Part shown: piece by piece, positions 29,159-37,059 of the stretch
Layout: every line of letters starts with the position of its first letter
How positions within the stretch are numbered: position 1 is the stretch's first letter
NCBI GenBank assembly: GCA_951812585.1
Contig: OX638318.1
Coordinates: 2,795,978-2,859,977, forward strand
Length of the DNA stretch: 64,000 bases
Direction: 5' to 3'
Source: Rhodothermales bacterium
GTDB taxonomy: Bacteria > Bacteroidota > Rhodothermia > Rhodothermales > Bin80
Translations under genes and position numbers: made by a program
The notes under the pieces: model-generated
What the model was told of the DNA's origin: nothing
Database searches by the model: none
The model's input: only the letters and a program-made list of their open reading frames with translations

Positions 29159-29355
29159 GCGATGCGGGCGGTATAGCCTTCGTTCGCGATGGCTTCGCGC
29201 ACCTTTTTCCGCTGCTCGGCGGGACAAGTGATGGTTGCGCTGCCGACGGTGACTTCGTGCACCGCGACCTCGGGAAGTCGACGCAGCGCATCCTTGATGG
29301 CGCGGACGCAGTGGCCGCAGGACATGCCATCAATGCGTATAACCTCTTTATGCAT
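29155..29355 (-). CDS. copZ: Heavy-metal-associated (CopZ-like) chaperone
   Basis: GMSCGHC motif; 66 aa. Confidence 0.8.
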   Translation of the reverse strand: MHKEVIRIDGMSCGHCVRAIKDALRRLPEVAVHEVTVGSATITCPAEQRKKVREAIANEGYTARIA

Positions 29356-29576
29356 GGCTGGCCATAGGGTCGGTGAAGGAGGCGTCCTGTCAACGTATGT
29401 ACGTCATGCGCGGCCCCTTGTGCCATTCCCATCCTTAGCGAGACTGCATGCCAGTTGCCGCCTGCTTGAATAGCGCGCCGTTTGCGCGTTGTCGAGCGTG
29501 TCTGCGATGATCCTGCCCTGCACAGCGGGAGGGGTGCTCTGTGCCCCACGCGCTATGCATATTGTGGCCGGGCCCG

Positions 29577-30704
29577 CTACGCGAAGTCCGAGAGGAGCGC
29601 GAGCCACTTTGCGCATACGGCTTTTTCGCTGAAGTACTGATCATAGCGGCTCCGTGCATGCATTGAAGCAGACTGCCAGGTGCTGATGTCTGCAAGTACT
29701 TCGATGGCCTGGGCAATCGATGCTGGCGACCGGGCAGGCACAAAGCGAGCTTCCATGCCTTCCCGTACCATGTCGCGGATGCCGCTGTGACGGGTCACGA
29801 TGACAGGCGTTGCCGCACTCAGCGCCTCAATGATAGCGTTGGGCTGTGCCTCCTCCGGATAGTAGGAAGGCAGCAGGAAGATGTCTGCCACCCGGTGCAG
29901 CGCATTGACCCGGGCGCGGTCACGGATTGCGCCGTGGTGCGTCACAACAGCCTCCAGACCTAGTGCGTGGACGCGCGCCGTGAAGCGGGACCGGTCTTGA
30001 TCCGCGTTCCATCGGCCCGCAAAGTCCGCTGTCACGGGGATGCCGCGCGCGTGCACCGTTCCAATCGCCTCCAGCACATCCAGATAGCCCTTTGAGGCGA
30101 TCATGTTGCTGAGGTAAAGCAGCCTGAGGGGTGCGTCAGGCCTGCGGCCGTGCTGCTTTGCGCGTGCATTTGTACGGGAAGCACATGGCTCGACAGTGTA
30201 TGGAATGATTGCACGCTGCGCTTCTGGGATCCAGGAGGCGACCTGCGTGGACAAGTAGTCGCTGGTGAACACGAATCGGTCCACGCGTCGCACCAGCTTT
30301 CGGGTAGATCTTGCGGTGATTCTGCTGCGAAAGATTCGATCAAACCCGCCTCTATGGGCGATGGCAATGATGGCTTGGTTCGCCTGGAAGCAGGGCAGCG
30401 TGGCAATGATATCACGGGCATGGCCCAACAGCCCGGGGGAGATGGCTCCCCATAGCACCGGTGCCGCAGGCTGTTCTGCCAAGGCGCGCTGAAGGCCGGC
30501 GCGCAGGCGCAGATAGTGGCGCAGCGTTCGGAACTGCGTGCGCAGCCCTTTAGGCGTTAGCCGCTGGTCCTTCATCGCGGTATCGAACCGCCGCACATCG
30601 AAGGTGTCCTGCAGCATGCGCGCCAGGCGCTCGGTTGCCAGCGACTGCCCGTCAACAGGGGGCGGATAACGGCCGACGAGATGGATGGAGCGGCGCTTGG
30701 ACAA
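29577..30704 (-). CDS. Glycosyltransferase family 4
   Basis: LYLSNMIASKG, ADIFLLPS and EAQPNAIIEA motifs. Confidence 0.88.
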   Translation of the reverse strand: MSKRRSIHLVGRYPPPVDGQSLATERLARMLQDTFDVRRFDTAMKDQRLTPKGLRTQFRTLRHYLRLRAGLQRALAEQPAAPVLWGAISPGLLGHARDIIATLPCFQANQAIIAIAHRGGFDRIFRSRITARSTRKLVRRVDRFVFTSDYLSTQVASWIPEAQRAIIPYTVEPCASRTNARAKQHGRRPDAPLRLLYLSNMIASKGYLDVLEAIGTVHARGIPVTADFAGRWNADQDRSRFTARVHALGLEAVVTHHGAIRDRARVNALHRVADIFLLPSYYPEEAQPNAIIEALSAATPVIVTRHSGIRDMVREGMEARFVPARSPASIAQAIEVLADISTWQSASMHARSRYDQYFSEKAVCAKWLALLSDFA

Positions 30705-30838
30705 GGCGTAGGCTGCGCACGGGCTGTGCGGCCAAGATAGGGGACGCTGCCCTTATCGAAGGTCCGGCCGTACCGGTGCGGCGCTTAGACCTGGCCGGGC
30801 GCGCGACGCTACCGTTTGACGTGGCGCACACCTGACGC

Positions 30839-30880
30839 AAAAAAACGCGGGCGCCCTATTACCTGCTAAGGGCCGCCCGC
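30839..30880 (-). terminator. Intrinsic terminator downstream of ssrA
   Basis: On the minus strand, a CGCGGGCGGCCCT...AGGGCGCCCGCG hairpin followed by a T-run. Confidence 0.7.
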
Positions 30881-30897
30881 GGCAATGATGGTAATGA

Positions 30898-31271
30898 TGG
30901 TGGAGATGCCGGGAATCGAACCCGGGTCCGCATGGACATGCCAGTCAGATATCTACGTGTGTAGGCCATCCATTAGGGCTTACCCCTGCCGCGCCTGCCG
31001 ATGACCAAGGCTGGGGCAAAGGCACAGGCTGATCAGTAGCCATCACCCTTCATACAGCCGGAATGAAGGGTACGGCGCTCATCATTGACGATGCCTCCTG
31101 ATGCGCCGATGAGCAGGCACACACAGGAGACAGATGGGGCGTTTATGCCGCCATCGCGTACGAGTAGTCGTTCGCAGTTCTGTGATTCCTGGCCTGATTT
31201 ACGAGAAGTGCCAGGCGAACTCGACACGCCATCTGCTGCACGAAACCATCCGTCGAAGCCGTGTCATCCCC
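30898..31271 (-). ncRNA. ssrA: tmRNA
   Basis: 5' end GGGGATGACACGGCTTCGACGG; 3' tRNA-like GACCCGGGTTCGATTCCCGGCATCTCCACCA; tag reading frame ANDYSYAMAA* at about 31143-31175. Confidence 0.95.
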
Positions 31272-31346
31272 ATTAAGAAAAAGAACGCCCGCCGGACGAG
31301 CGGCCGGTTGTTGGTATACACACGAGCGGCGAATAAGATGCAATGC

Positions 31347-31796
31347 CTAGCGCGTGCTGTCGCGGTCGCGCGAGATGCCCGTGCCTACCGCGGCCAAATT
31401 CTGTGCTGCCATCGCCGAATCGAAGTCGCGCATGATCTTGCGTCGAATCGTAGCATTCAGAAACGGGATCTTGCTGCGCGTGCGCCAGATGTATTTGCGA
31501 TACGGGTGCACGAGCACGCGCACGTAGCCGTCCCCTAGGGGGACGGCTTCAAGCGAGACCACCACCGAATACACGCCCCAGTTGCGTATGCGCCGCTCGT
31601 TGGTTGCGATCACGTTGGGAGCGGGGGCTTGCGCACGCAACCATCCGGCCCCTTCCATGGCCGCTTCGACACGTGCTTCCACCGGCAAGGCGTGCGGCTG
31701 GACCTCATAGTCGCGATACAAGGGATGCAAGGCCGGCGAACACGCCGAAAGCATCAAAATCAGCCCTGCTGCGAATGCTGCGCGCGCGAGTGGCAT
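31347..31796 (-). CDS. Hypothetical lipoprotein
   Basis: Signal peptide with lipobox LSAC; coding-like ORF in an operon with the hydrolase. Confidence 0.65.
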   Translation of the reverse strand: MPLARAAFAAGLILMLSACSPALHPLYRDYEVQPHALPVEARVEAAMEGAGWLRAQAPAPNVIATNERRIRNWGVYSVVVSLEAVPLGDGYVRVLVHPYRKYIWRTRSKIPFLNATIRRKIMRDFDSAMAAQNLAAVGTGISRDRDSTR

Positions 31797-31823
31797 ATAG
31801 CCGTCTCCCAGCAAAAGTGCACC

Positions 31824-32630
31824 CTACACAGCGTGCAGGGTGCCGTTCTCTTTGATTTTGTGCAAGAATTGCACCACATGGCGCCCGAACGTCTGAGGAT
31901 GCTCGATCATGGGCGCATGGCCGCACTCTTTGATGAAGTGCAGCTCGGCATTGGGAATGTTGTCCAGGAATTGCTCCGCCACATCGGGCGGCGTGATCGT
32001 ATCGTTTTGTCCCCAGATAAGTGCAGTATGGGCGTTGATTTCGCCGAGCCGATTCTGCAGGCTCAGTCTTTGCGAATCCCTACCCAAGTGGATGATATTG
32101 GTCAGGTAACGACGATCGCTACCGACAGAGCTGATCCGGTCGACCAGCTTTTCGGTGGCATGTGCCGGGTTGAAGAAGACGATCTGCGCCCGTTCCCGGA
32201 TGTAGTTGCGATCTCGACGCCGGATCGGACTCGTACCCAGAGGCACCTCGTACAACCCGGCCGAGCCGGATAAGACCAAAGCCGACACCGATTCCGGGTA
32301 GGCAAGCGTATACCGCAGCGCCAGCTGCCCGCCCAGTGAGTTGCCGGCAATCACGACAGGATTCAGATCCAGTGATTCCATGAAGCCGCGGACATACGCT
32401 ACCACACCGTCGACCGTGCACTTGCTCAGCGGAAAGTCTTTGAACGGCAGCATCGGCACCAGAGTCCGGTAGCCGTGGGCTCCCACGTAGGCCGCCGAAG
32501 CCATCCACTCGTCCGCATTGCCCAAAATTCCGTGAAGGCACACAATGGGATAGTCGCTCGCGGAACCGCCTGCTTCGAAGTACTTGTACTGCCGCTGTTC
32601 GCGGTAGTAGTCGGATAAAGCCTGCATCAT
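31824..32630 (-). CDS. Alpha/beta hydrolase
   Basis: LHGILG, nucleophile GNSLGG, WGQND and CGHAPMIEHP. Confidence 0.9.
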   Translation of the reverse strand: MMQALSDYYREQRQYKYFEAGGSASDYPIVCLHGILGNADEWMASAAYVGAHGYRTLVPMLPFKDFPLSKCTVDGVVAYVRGFMESLDLNPVVIAGNSLGGQLALRYTLAYPESVSALVLSGSAGLYEVPLGTSPIRRRDRNYIRERAQIVFFNPAHATEKLVDRISSVGSDRRYLTNIIHLGRDSQRLSLQNRLGEINAHTALIWGQNDTITPPDVAEQFLDNIPNAELHFIKECGHAPMIEHPQTFGRHVVQFLHKIKENGTLHAV

Positions 32631-32847
32631 ATCCGGGGGTTCACGTTCGGTCCGCCATACCGGGTCAATTTAAGGCTTACGCACACAAATCTTGCGGCAA
32701 ATGAATGCAAATTATTCTCCAATGGCGGGCAGGGCAGCACAACATGCGCACAACATATGGGTGCCGTGCTGAAACCATTTGCCCGCTGGATGGTTGCATG
32801 GATGCATGCGGCCTCTGAGCCGTGTCTGATCATCAAAGTGATGCCCT

Positions 32848-32943
32848 ATGCCCTGCGGTAGAAAACGAAAGCGGCACAAGATAGCCACGCACAAGCGCAA
32901 GAAGCGCCTCCGCAAGAATCGGCACAAGAAACGCAACCGGTAG
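32848..32943 (+). CDS. Small basic ribosomal protein bS22-like (AURKAIP1/COX24 domain)
   Basis: Hand translation MPCGRKRKRHKIATHKRKKRLRKNRHKKRNR*; below the ORF-track cutoff. Confidence 0.85.
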   Translation: MPCGRKRKRHKIATHKRKKRLRKNRHKKRNR

Positions 32944-33029
32944 CACTGCGCTGTAGGCGTGGTGCTGCAGCGCCGTGCGTCGGATGCAGCCCGCGGGTTG
33001 CAGCCGCGCCGGCAAGTACATCAGCCAAC

Positions 33030-33347
33030 ATGAAGAACGACAACGTAGGCACCATTGCGCGTGCCATTGGAATGGGCGTAGTCGTTGGGGCTATGACAGG
33101 ATTCGTCGCGGGACTCCTTGTGGCTCCAGAGGAAGGAACGCGTCTACGCCGGCGTATCAGCTACCACCTGGAAGGCGTGCGGAAGCAGCTGAAAGAATTC
33201 ATGGAGAGCAGCCTGGGCGAGGAATACGACAACGAGGCCCGTCGTCACGGAGAGGAACTGGTTACGGAGGTGCATGAGCGCGCGCAGGAGATCAGCGATA
33301 ATATCGACGCGGTCCTCGAAGAGGTCCCGGGCCGCGGTACCAGTTAA
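33030..33347 (+). CDS. YtxH domain-containing protein
   Basis: Hydrophobic GAMTGFVAGLLVAPEEGTRLR followed by an amphipathic helix. Confidence 0.8.
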   Translation: MKNDNVGTIARAIGMGVVVGAMTGFVAGLLVAPEEGTRLRRRISYHLEGVRKQLKEFMESSLGEEYDNEARRHGEELVTEVHERAQEISDNIDAVLEEVPGRGTS

Positions 33348-33356
33348 GGTACATCA

Positions 33357-34148
33357 ATGTCCAAGTTCGCGATCCTGCTTCCGCCATCAGTTCAGCAGAC
33401 CAGGCAGGGCAACAGGTTTGCGCCCGATGTTTTTGATTACCGGGAGAAAACCACATTCAACTATTTCCACCAGCTTATCGCGGAGCGCCGCTATCTGATT
33501 GATACGCTGCACCGCGTGATGGATGTGGAAGGTGAGGACGTAGTGGCGGAGGTTCTCGGGGATCCCGAGGCGGTGACGCTGATGAAGAACGTCTATTCTG
33601 CGGAGCTGGTGGCCGCACGCAAGCGCTACGAGGCGGGCCCCATGTACGCGGCGATGGACTTTCCGCGACTCCCAACCGGTGCGCAACGGCGATTCCTGGA
33701 AAACAGCGTGATTATATCAGGACTGTTCGGAATTTTGCGTCCGGACGACCTCACCCCAAGGTACGTGCTGCCGATCGATGCGGTGATCCCCGGCATCGGG
33801 TATGTTGCCGACTACTGGCGTCCGCTCGTAAGCCCGTTTGTTAACGAAGCCATCCGGGACTGTTTCGTGTGGGATCTGCTCACTGACGTGCATCGCAGTG
33901 CCTGGGACGATGCGAAGACGTACAGTGCGCGTGCATGCGTCACCTTCTATGATCGTCAAGGGGTTGCGCTTACGGATACGTTGGCGCTGCGCGGCAAGCT
34001 GGTGCATCACTTGGTGCAGCAAAATCATGTCAAGCTCGACACGGTGAAGACATGGAAACCGCGAGATGCGCAGGGGTACCAGTTCGACGAGGACCGTTCT
34101 GACCTGAGCGATCCGACGAGTCTGGTCGTGGCCTTGTCAAAGAAGTAG
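33357..34148 (+). CDS. yaaA: Peroxide stress protein YaaA family
   Basis: ILLPPS, RYEAGPMYAAMD and IISGLFGILRPDD..Y.L. Confidence 0.75.
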   Translation: MSKFAILLPPSVQQTRQGNRFAPDVFDYREKTTFNYFHQLIAERRYLIDTLHRVMDVEGEDVVAEVLGDPEAVTLMKNVYSAELVAARKRYEAGPMYAAMDFPRLPTGAQRRFLENSVIISGLFGILRPDDLTPRYVLPIDAVIPGIGYVADYWRPLVSPFVNEAIRDCFVWDLLTDVHRSAWDDAKTYSARACVTFYDRQGVALTDTLALRGKLVHHLVQQNHVKLDTVKTWKPRDAQGYQFDEDRSDLSDPTSLVVALSKK

Positions 34149-34181
34149 CGCACCTGGGCGAACGGGCACAGAGCCGCCTCC

Positions 34182-34925
34182 ATGCCTGAAATAGCGCAGC
34201 TTGCCATCCTCTTTGGCGTCGGATGTTTTGCAGGTGCTATCAACGTGATGGCCGGTGGCGGTTCCACCTTGACCCTTCCGGCACTGATCTTCCTGGGATT
34301 GGATGCCGGCACGGCCAATGGGACCAATCGCGTTGCGATACTGGTCCAGAACATCTTCGCAACGGCTTCTTTCAGGTCGGAAGGTGTCACCGAGCTCAAA
34401 AGGAGTCTCCTGTTTGCGGTCTGGGCGCTGCCAGGCGCATCCGTTGGCGCGTTTGCGGCCGTTCAGGTGGCCGACGTATGGTTTGAACGAATCCTGGGCG
34501 TCGTGATGATCGGGGTCGTGGTGTCGATGCTTATTCCGCGTCCGGTCGCGTCAGCGGCAGGTTCTGCTCGCTCTGCGCCATGGCTTTATTTGACGCTCTT
34601 CGGCATCGGCTTCTACGGCGGGTTTATCCAGATGGGGGTGGGCTTTTTGTTCATGGCCGCGTTCTTTCACATTATGCATATGGATCTGGTGCGGACCACC
34701 GTGCACAAGGTCACTGTCATACTTCTTTACACCGTGCCCACCCTGTTGATTTTTGCATGGACGGGACATGTGGATTGGCTGCTGGGGCTCGGGCTGGCCG
34801 CAGGCAACGCTACAGGTGGCTGGATCGCTGCCCGCATTGCGGTGCGCAGGGGAGACCGCGCGATTCGCGCGGTCCTGATCGTGGCCATCCTGGTGATGGC
34901 GGCTAGGCTGCTGGGCGTCGTATAG
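34182..34925 (+). CDS. TauE/SafE family sulfite exporter
   Basis: AGGGSTLTLP, ANGTNR and GFYGGF; highly hydrophobic. Confidence 0.88.
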   Translation: MPEIAQLAILFGVGCFAGAINVMAGGGSTLTLPALIFLGLDAGTANGTNRVAILVQNIFATASFRSEGVTELKRSLLFAVWALPGASVGAFAAVQVADVWFERILGVVMIGVVVSMLIPRPVASAAGSARSAPWLYLTLFGIGFYGGFIQMGVGFLFMAAFFHIMHMDLVRTTVHKVTVILLYTVPTLLIFAWTGHVDWLLGLGLAAGNATGGWIAARIAVRRGDRAIRAVLIVAILVMAARLLGVV

Positions 34926-34993
34926 CGTGTTTTTATATGAATCATGTGCCACAGGATTTGCGTAGAGTGGGTAGGGTTTAGATATTGGGCGCT

Positions 34994-36370
34994 ATGAGGA
35001 GGATCATGGCATTCCATGGCATGCTGGCAGTGCTGCTCTGTGCGCAGGCAGTGCATGCGCAGCTTCGGACGCCCAAGCCACTGACCTTCGAAGGTGGCCT
35101 GGGCGCGGGGCCCGTGTATGTGGTCCCTGTTGAGGGCATGATTGACAACGGGCTGGCCGCCTACATTGATCGTGCCCTCAATGATGCGGCCAGCGAAGAG
35201 GCGTCCTTCGTCGTGTTTCATATTGATACGTTCGGCGGGCTGGTCGATGCGGCGGACAAGATTCGCAAAAACATCCTGGATGCAGCCACACCGACGGTTG
35301 CCTTTATCGACAAGAATGCGGCGTCTGCCGGGGCGCTCATCTCGTACGCAGCCGACCGCATTATCATGGTGCCTGGCGCCTCCATTGGTGCGGCGACGGT
35401 TGTTGAAGGCACAGGCGGCGAGGCCGCGCCCGACAAGTACCAGAGCTACATGCGGGGTTTGATGCGTGCTACGGCGGAAGCCAACGGGCGTGATCCGCAG
35501 ATCGCGGAGTCCATGGTGGACCCGGACCTTGAGGTGGCGGGCATCACAGAAAAGGGCAAGGTGCTTACGCTTTCGTCTCAGGAGGCCTTCCGCCTGGGGG
35601 TGGCGGACGACATCTTGGAAGATCCTGATGCGGTGATCAGCGCATTCGGTGCGGCATCCGCTGCCGTTGTCGAACATCGCGAAACCGGCGCCGAGCGTGT
35701 GTTGCGGTTCCTGGGGTCGCCGGTCTTGCAGTCGCTATTGATGCTGATGATGTTGGGCGGGCTGTATTTTGAGCTTCAGACCCCAGGGGTTGGCTTTGCA
35801 GGGCTGATCGCACTCATTGGCGCGATGCTATTTTTTGCGCCTTTGTACCTTTTGGGACTGGTACAGATCTGGGAGATTGTGCTCTTCGTCATTGGTGTTG
35901 TGCTGATTCTTGTCGAGTTGTTTGTGCTTCCTGGCTTTGGTCTTGCCGGTATCACGGGTATCATGCTGGTGCTGCTTGGGCTGGTGGCATCGCTGGTGGG
36001 CAATGTGGGGTTGTCGTTTCCGCCATTGATGCGCTTTACGCCGGCGATTGTGACGGTGGCTTCCGCACTGGCGATGCTGGTACTGCTTATGATCACCATG
36101 GGTCGCATGTTGCCGCGGTCCAGCCGGTTCGGTGCGCTTGTCCTAACCCCGGCGCTGAGCAGTGCATCCGGCTATACGTCCGCCGAAACGCATAGCGAGT
36201 ATCTTGGCCGCACGGGTATGACGCTGACGCCACTGCGACCATCTGGCGCGATGGCATTGGGAGAAAAGCGGGTGGATGTAATCACTGCAGGCGAGTTTAT
36301 CGAGAAGGGAGTCGAGGTCAAGGTTGTGGATGTGCGCGGCAACCGCGTAGAGGTGCGGGCCGTAGTGTAA
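34994..36370 (+). CDS. NfeD family membrane-bound serine protease (YqeZ-like)
   Basis: IDTFGG, AASAGALI, GASIGAA, ELQTPG and a C-terminal OB fold TPLRPSG. Confidence 0.88.
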   Translation: MRRIMAFHGMLAVLLCAQAVHAQLRTPKPLTFEGGLGAGPVYVVPVEGMIDNGLAAYIDRALNDAASEEASFVVFHIDTFGGLVDAADKIRKNILDAATPTVAFIDKNAASAGALISYAADRIIMVPGASIGAATVVEGTGGEAAPDKYQSYMRGLMRATAEANGRDPQIAESMVDPDLEVAGITEKGKVLTLSSQEAFRLGVADDILEDPDAVISAFGAASAAVVEHRETGAERVLRFLGSPVLQSLLMLMMLGGLYFELQTPGVGFAGLIALIGAMLFFAPLYLLGLVQIWEIVLFVIGVVLILVELFVLPGFGLAGITGIMLVLLGLVASLVGNVGLSFPPLMRFTPAIVTVASALAMLVLLMITMGRMLPRSSRFGALVLTPALSSASGYTSAETHSEYLGRTGMTLTPLRPSGAMALGEKRVDVITAGEFIEKGVEVKVVDVRGNRVEVRAVV

Positions 36371-36386
36371 TCAGAGACGCGCTACA

Positions 36387-36875
36387 GTGGAACTGTTGAT
36401 TCCCATATTGCTCATTGCTTCGGGGTTTCTATTAATCCTGGTAGAGGTCTACCTGGTCCCCGGGTTCAACGTGGTTGGCATTCTCGGCTTTCTGCTGGTG
36501 CTGTTTGCCATTGGGCATGTCTTCGTGGAGGGTGGCCTTATTGCCGGGGCGCTGGCGTTGGCTGGGTCCATGGTGTTCGGGGTTTTCTTCTTCTGGGCGC
36601 TATGGCGCTCCGGTGCCTGGCAGCGGTTCGTGCTTTCTGCGAGTCTCACGACTGATACGGTGGCCGCCTCGCGCGAGATGGAGCAGCGGAAGCGTTTTTT
36701 GGGTCGCACGGGCCATGCTGTCACACCGCTTAGGCCCGTAGGAACCGCTGAGGTGGACGGCAAGCGCATTGAGGTCACCACTGAAGGCGAGTACATCGCC
36801 AAGGGGAGCGAGATTTGCGTGGTTGCGATGAAGCGTCGTTCTCATGTGGTGCGCCTGGCTTCCGACATGCCATAG
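36387..36875 (+). CDS. Short NfeD-like protein
   Basis: TM N-terminus (LVEVYLVPG) and TPLRPVG...EGEYI OB fold. Confidence 0.82.
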   Translation: MELLIPILLIASGFLLILVEVYLVPGFNVVGILGFLLVLFAIGHVFVEGGLIAGALALAGSMVFGVFFFWALWRSGAWQRFVLSASLTTDTVAASREMEQRKRFLGRTGHAVTPLRPVGTAEVDGKRIEVTTEGEYIAKGSEICVVAMKRRSHVVRLASDMP

Positions 36876-37059
36876 CCTCGCCCGTGCGCCTGATGGTGCG
36901 CGAAGCGGCGACTTTGCTTTGCGTGCAGCCGCCCGCCGGGCGGCATCAGGCAGTGTACCGTAGCGGCAGCGGCGCTGTGGATTTGGACGGGGGAGGCTGC
37001 AGGAGCGCGTCCGGTGAAATCAGCTGCGCGCATGGCAAACGCGGCGCTGCCCCGGGATG

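Noticed and set aside
30898-30932. tRNA gene, or island integration at ssrA
   Set aside because: The T-arm/CCA sequence is the 3' end of tmRNA. No duplicate of this end and no adjacent integrase was found.
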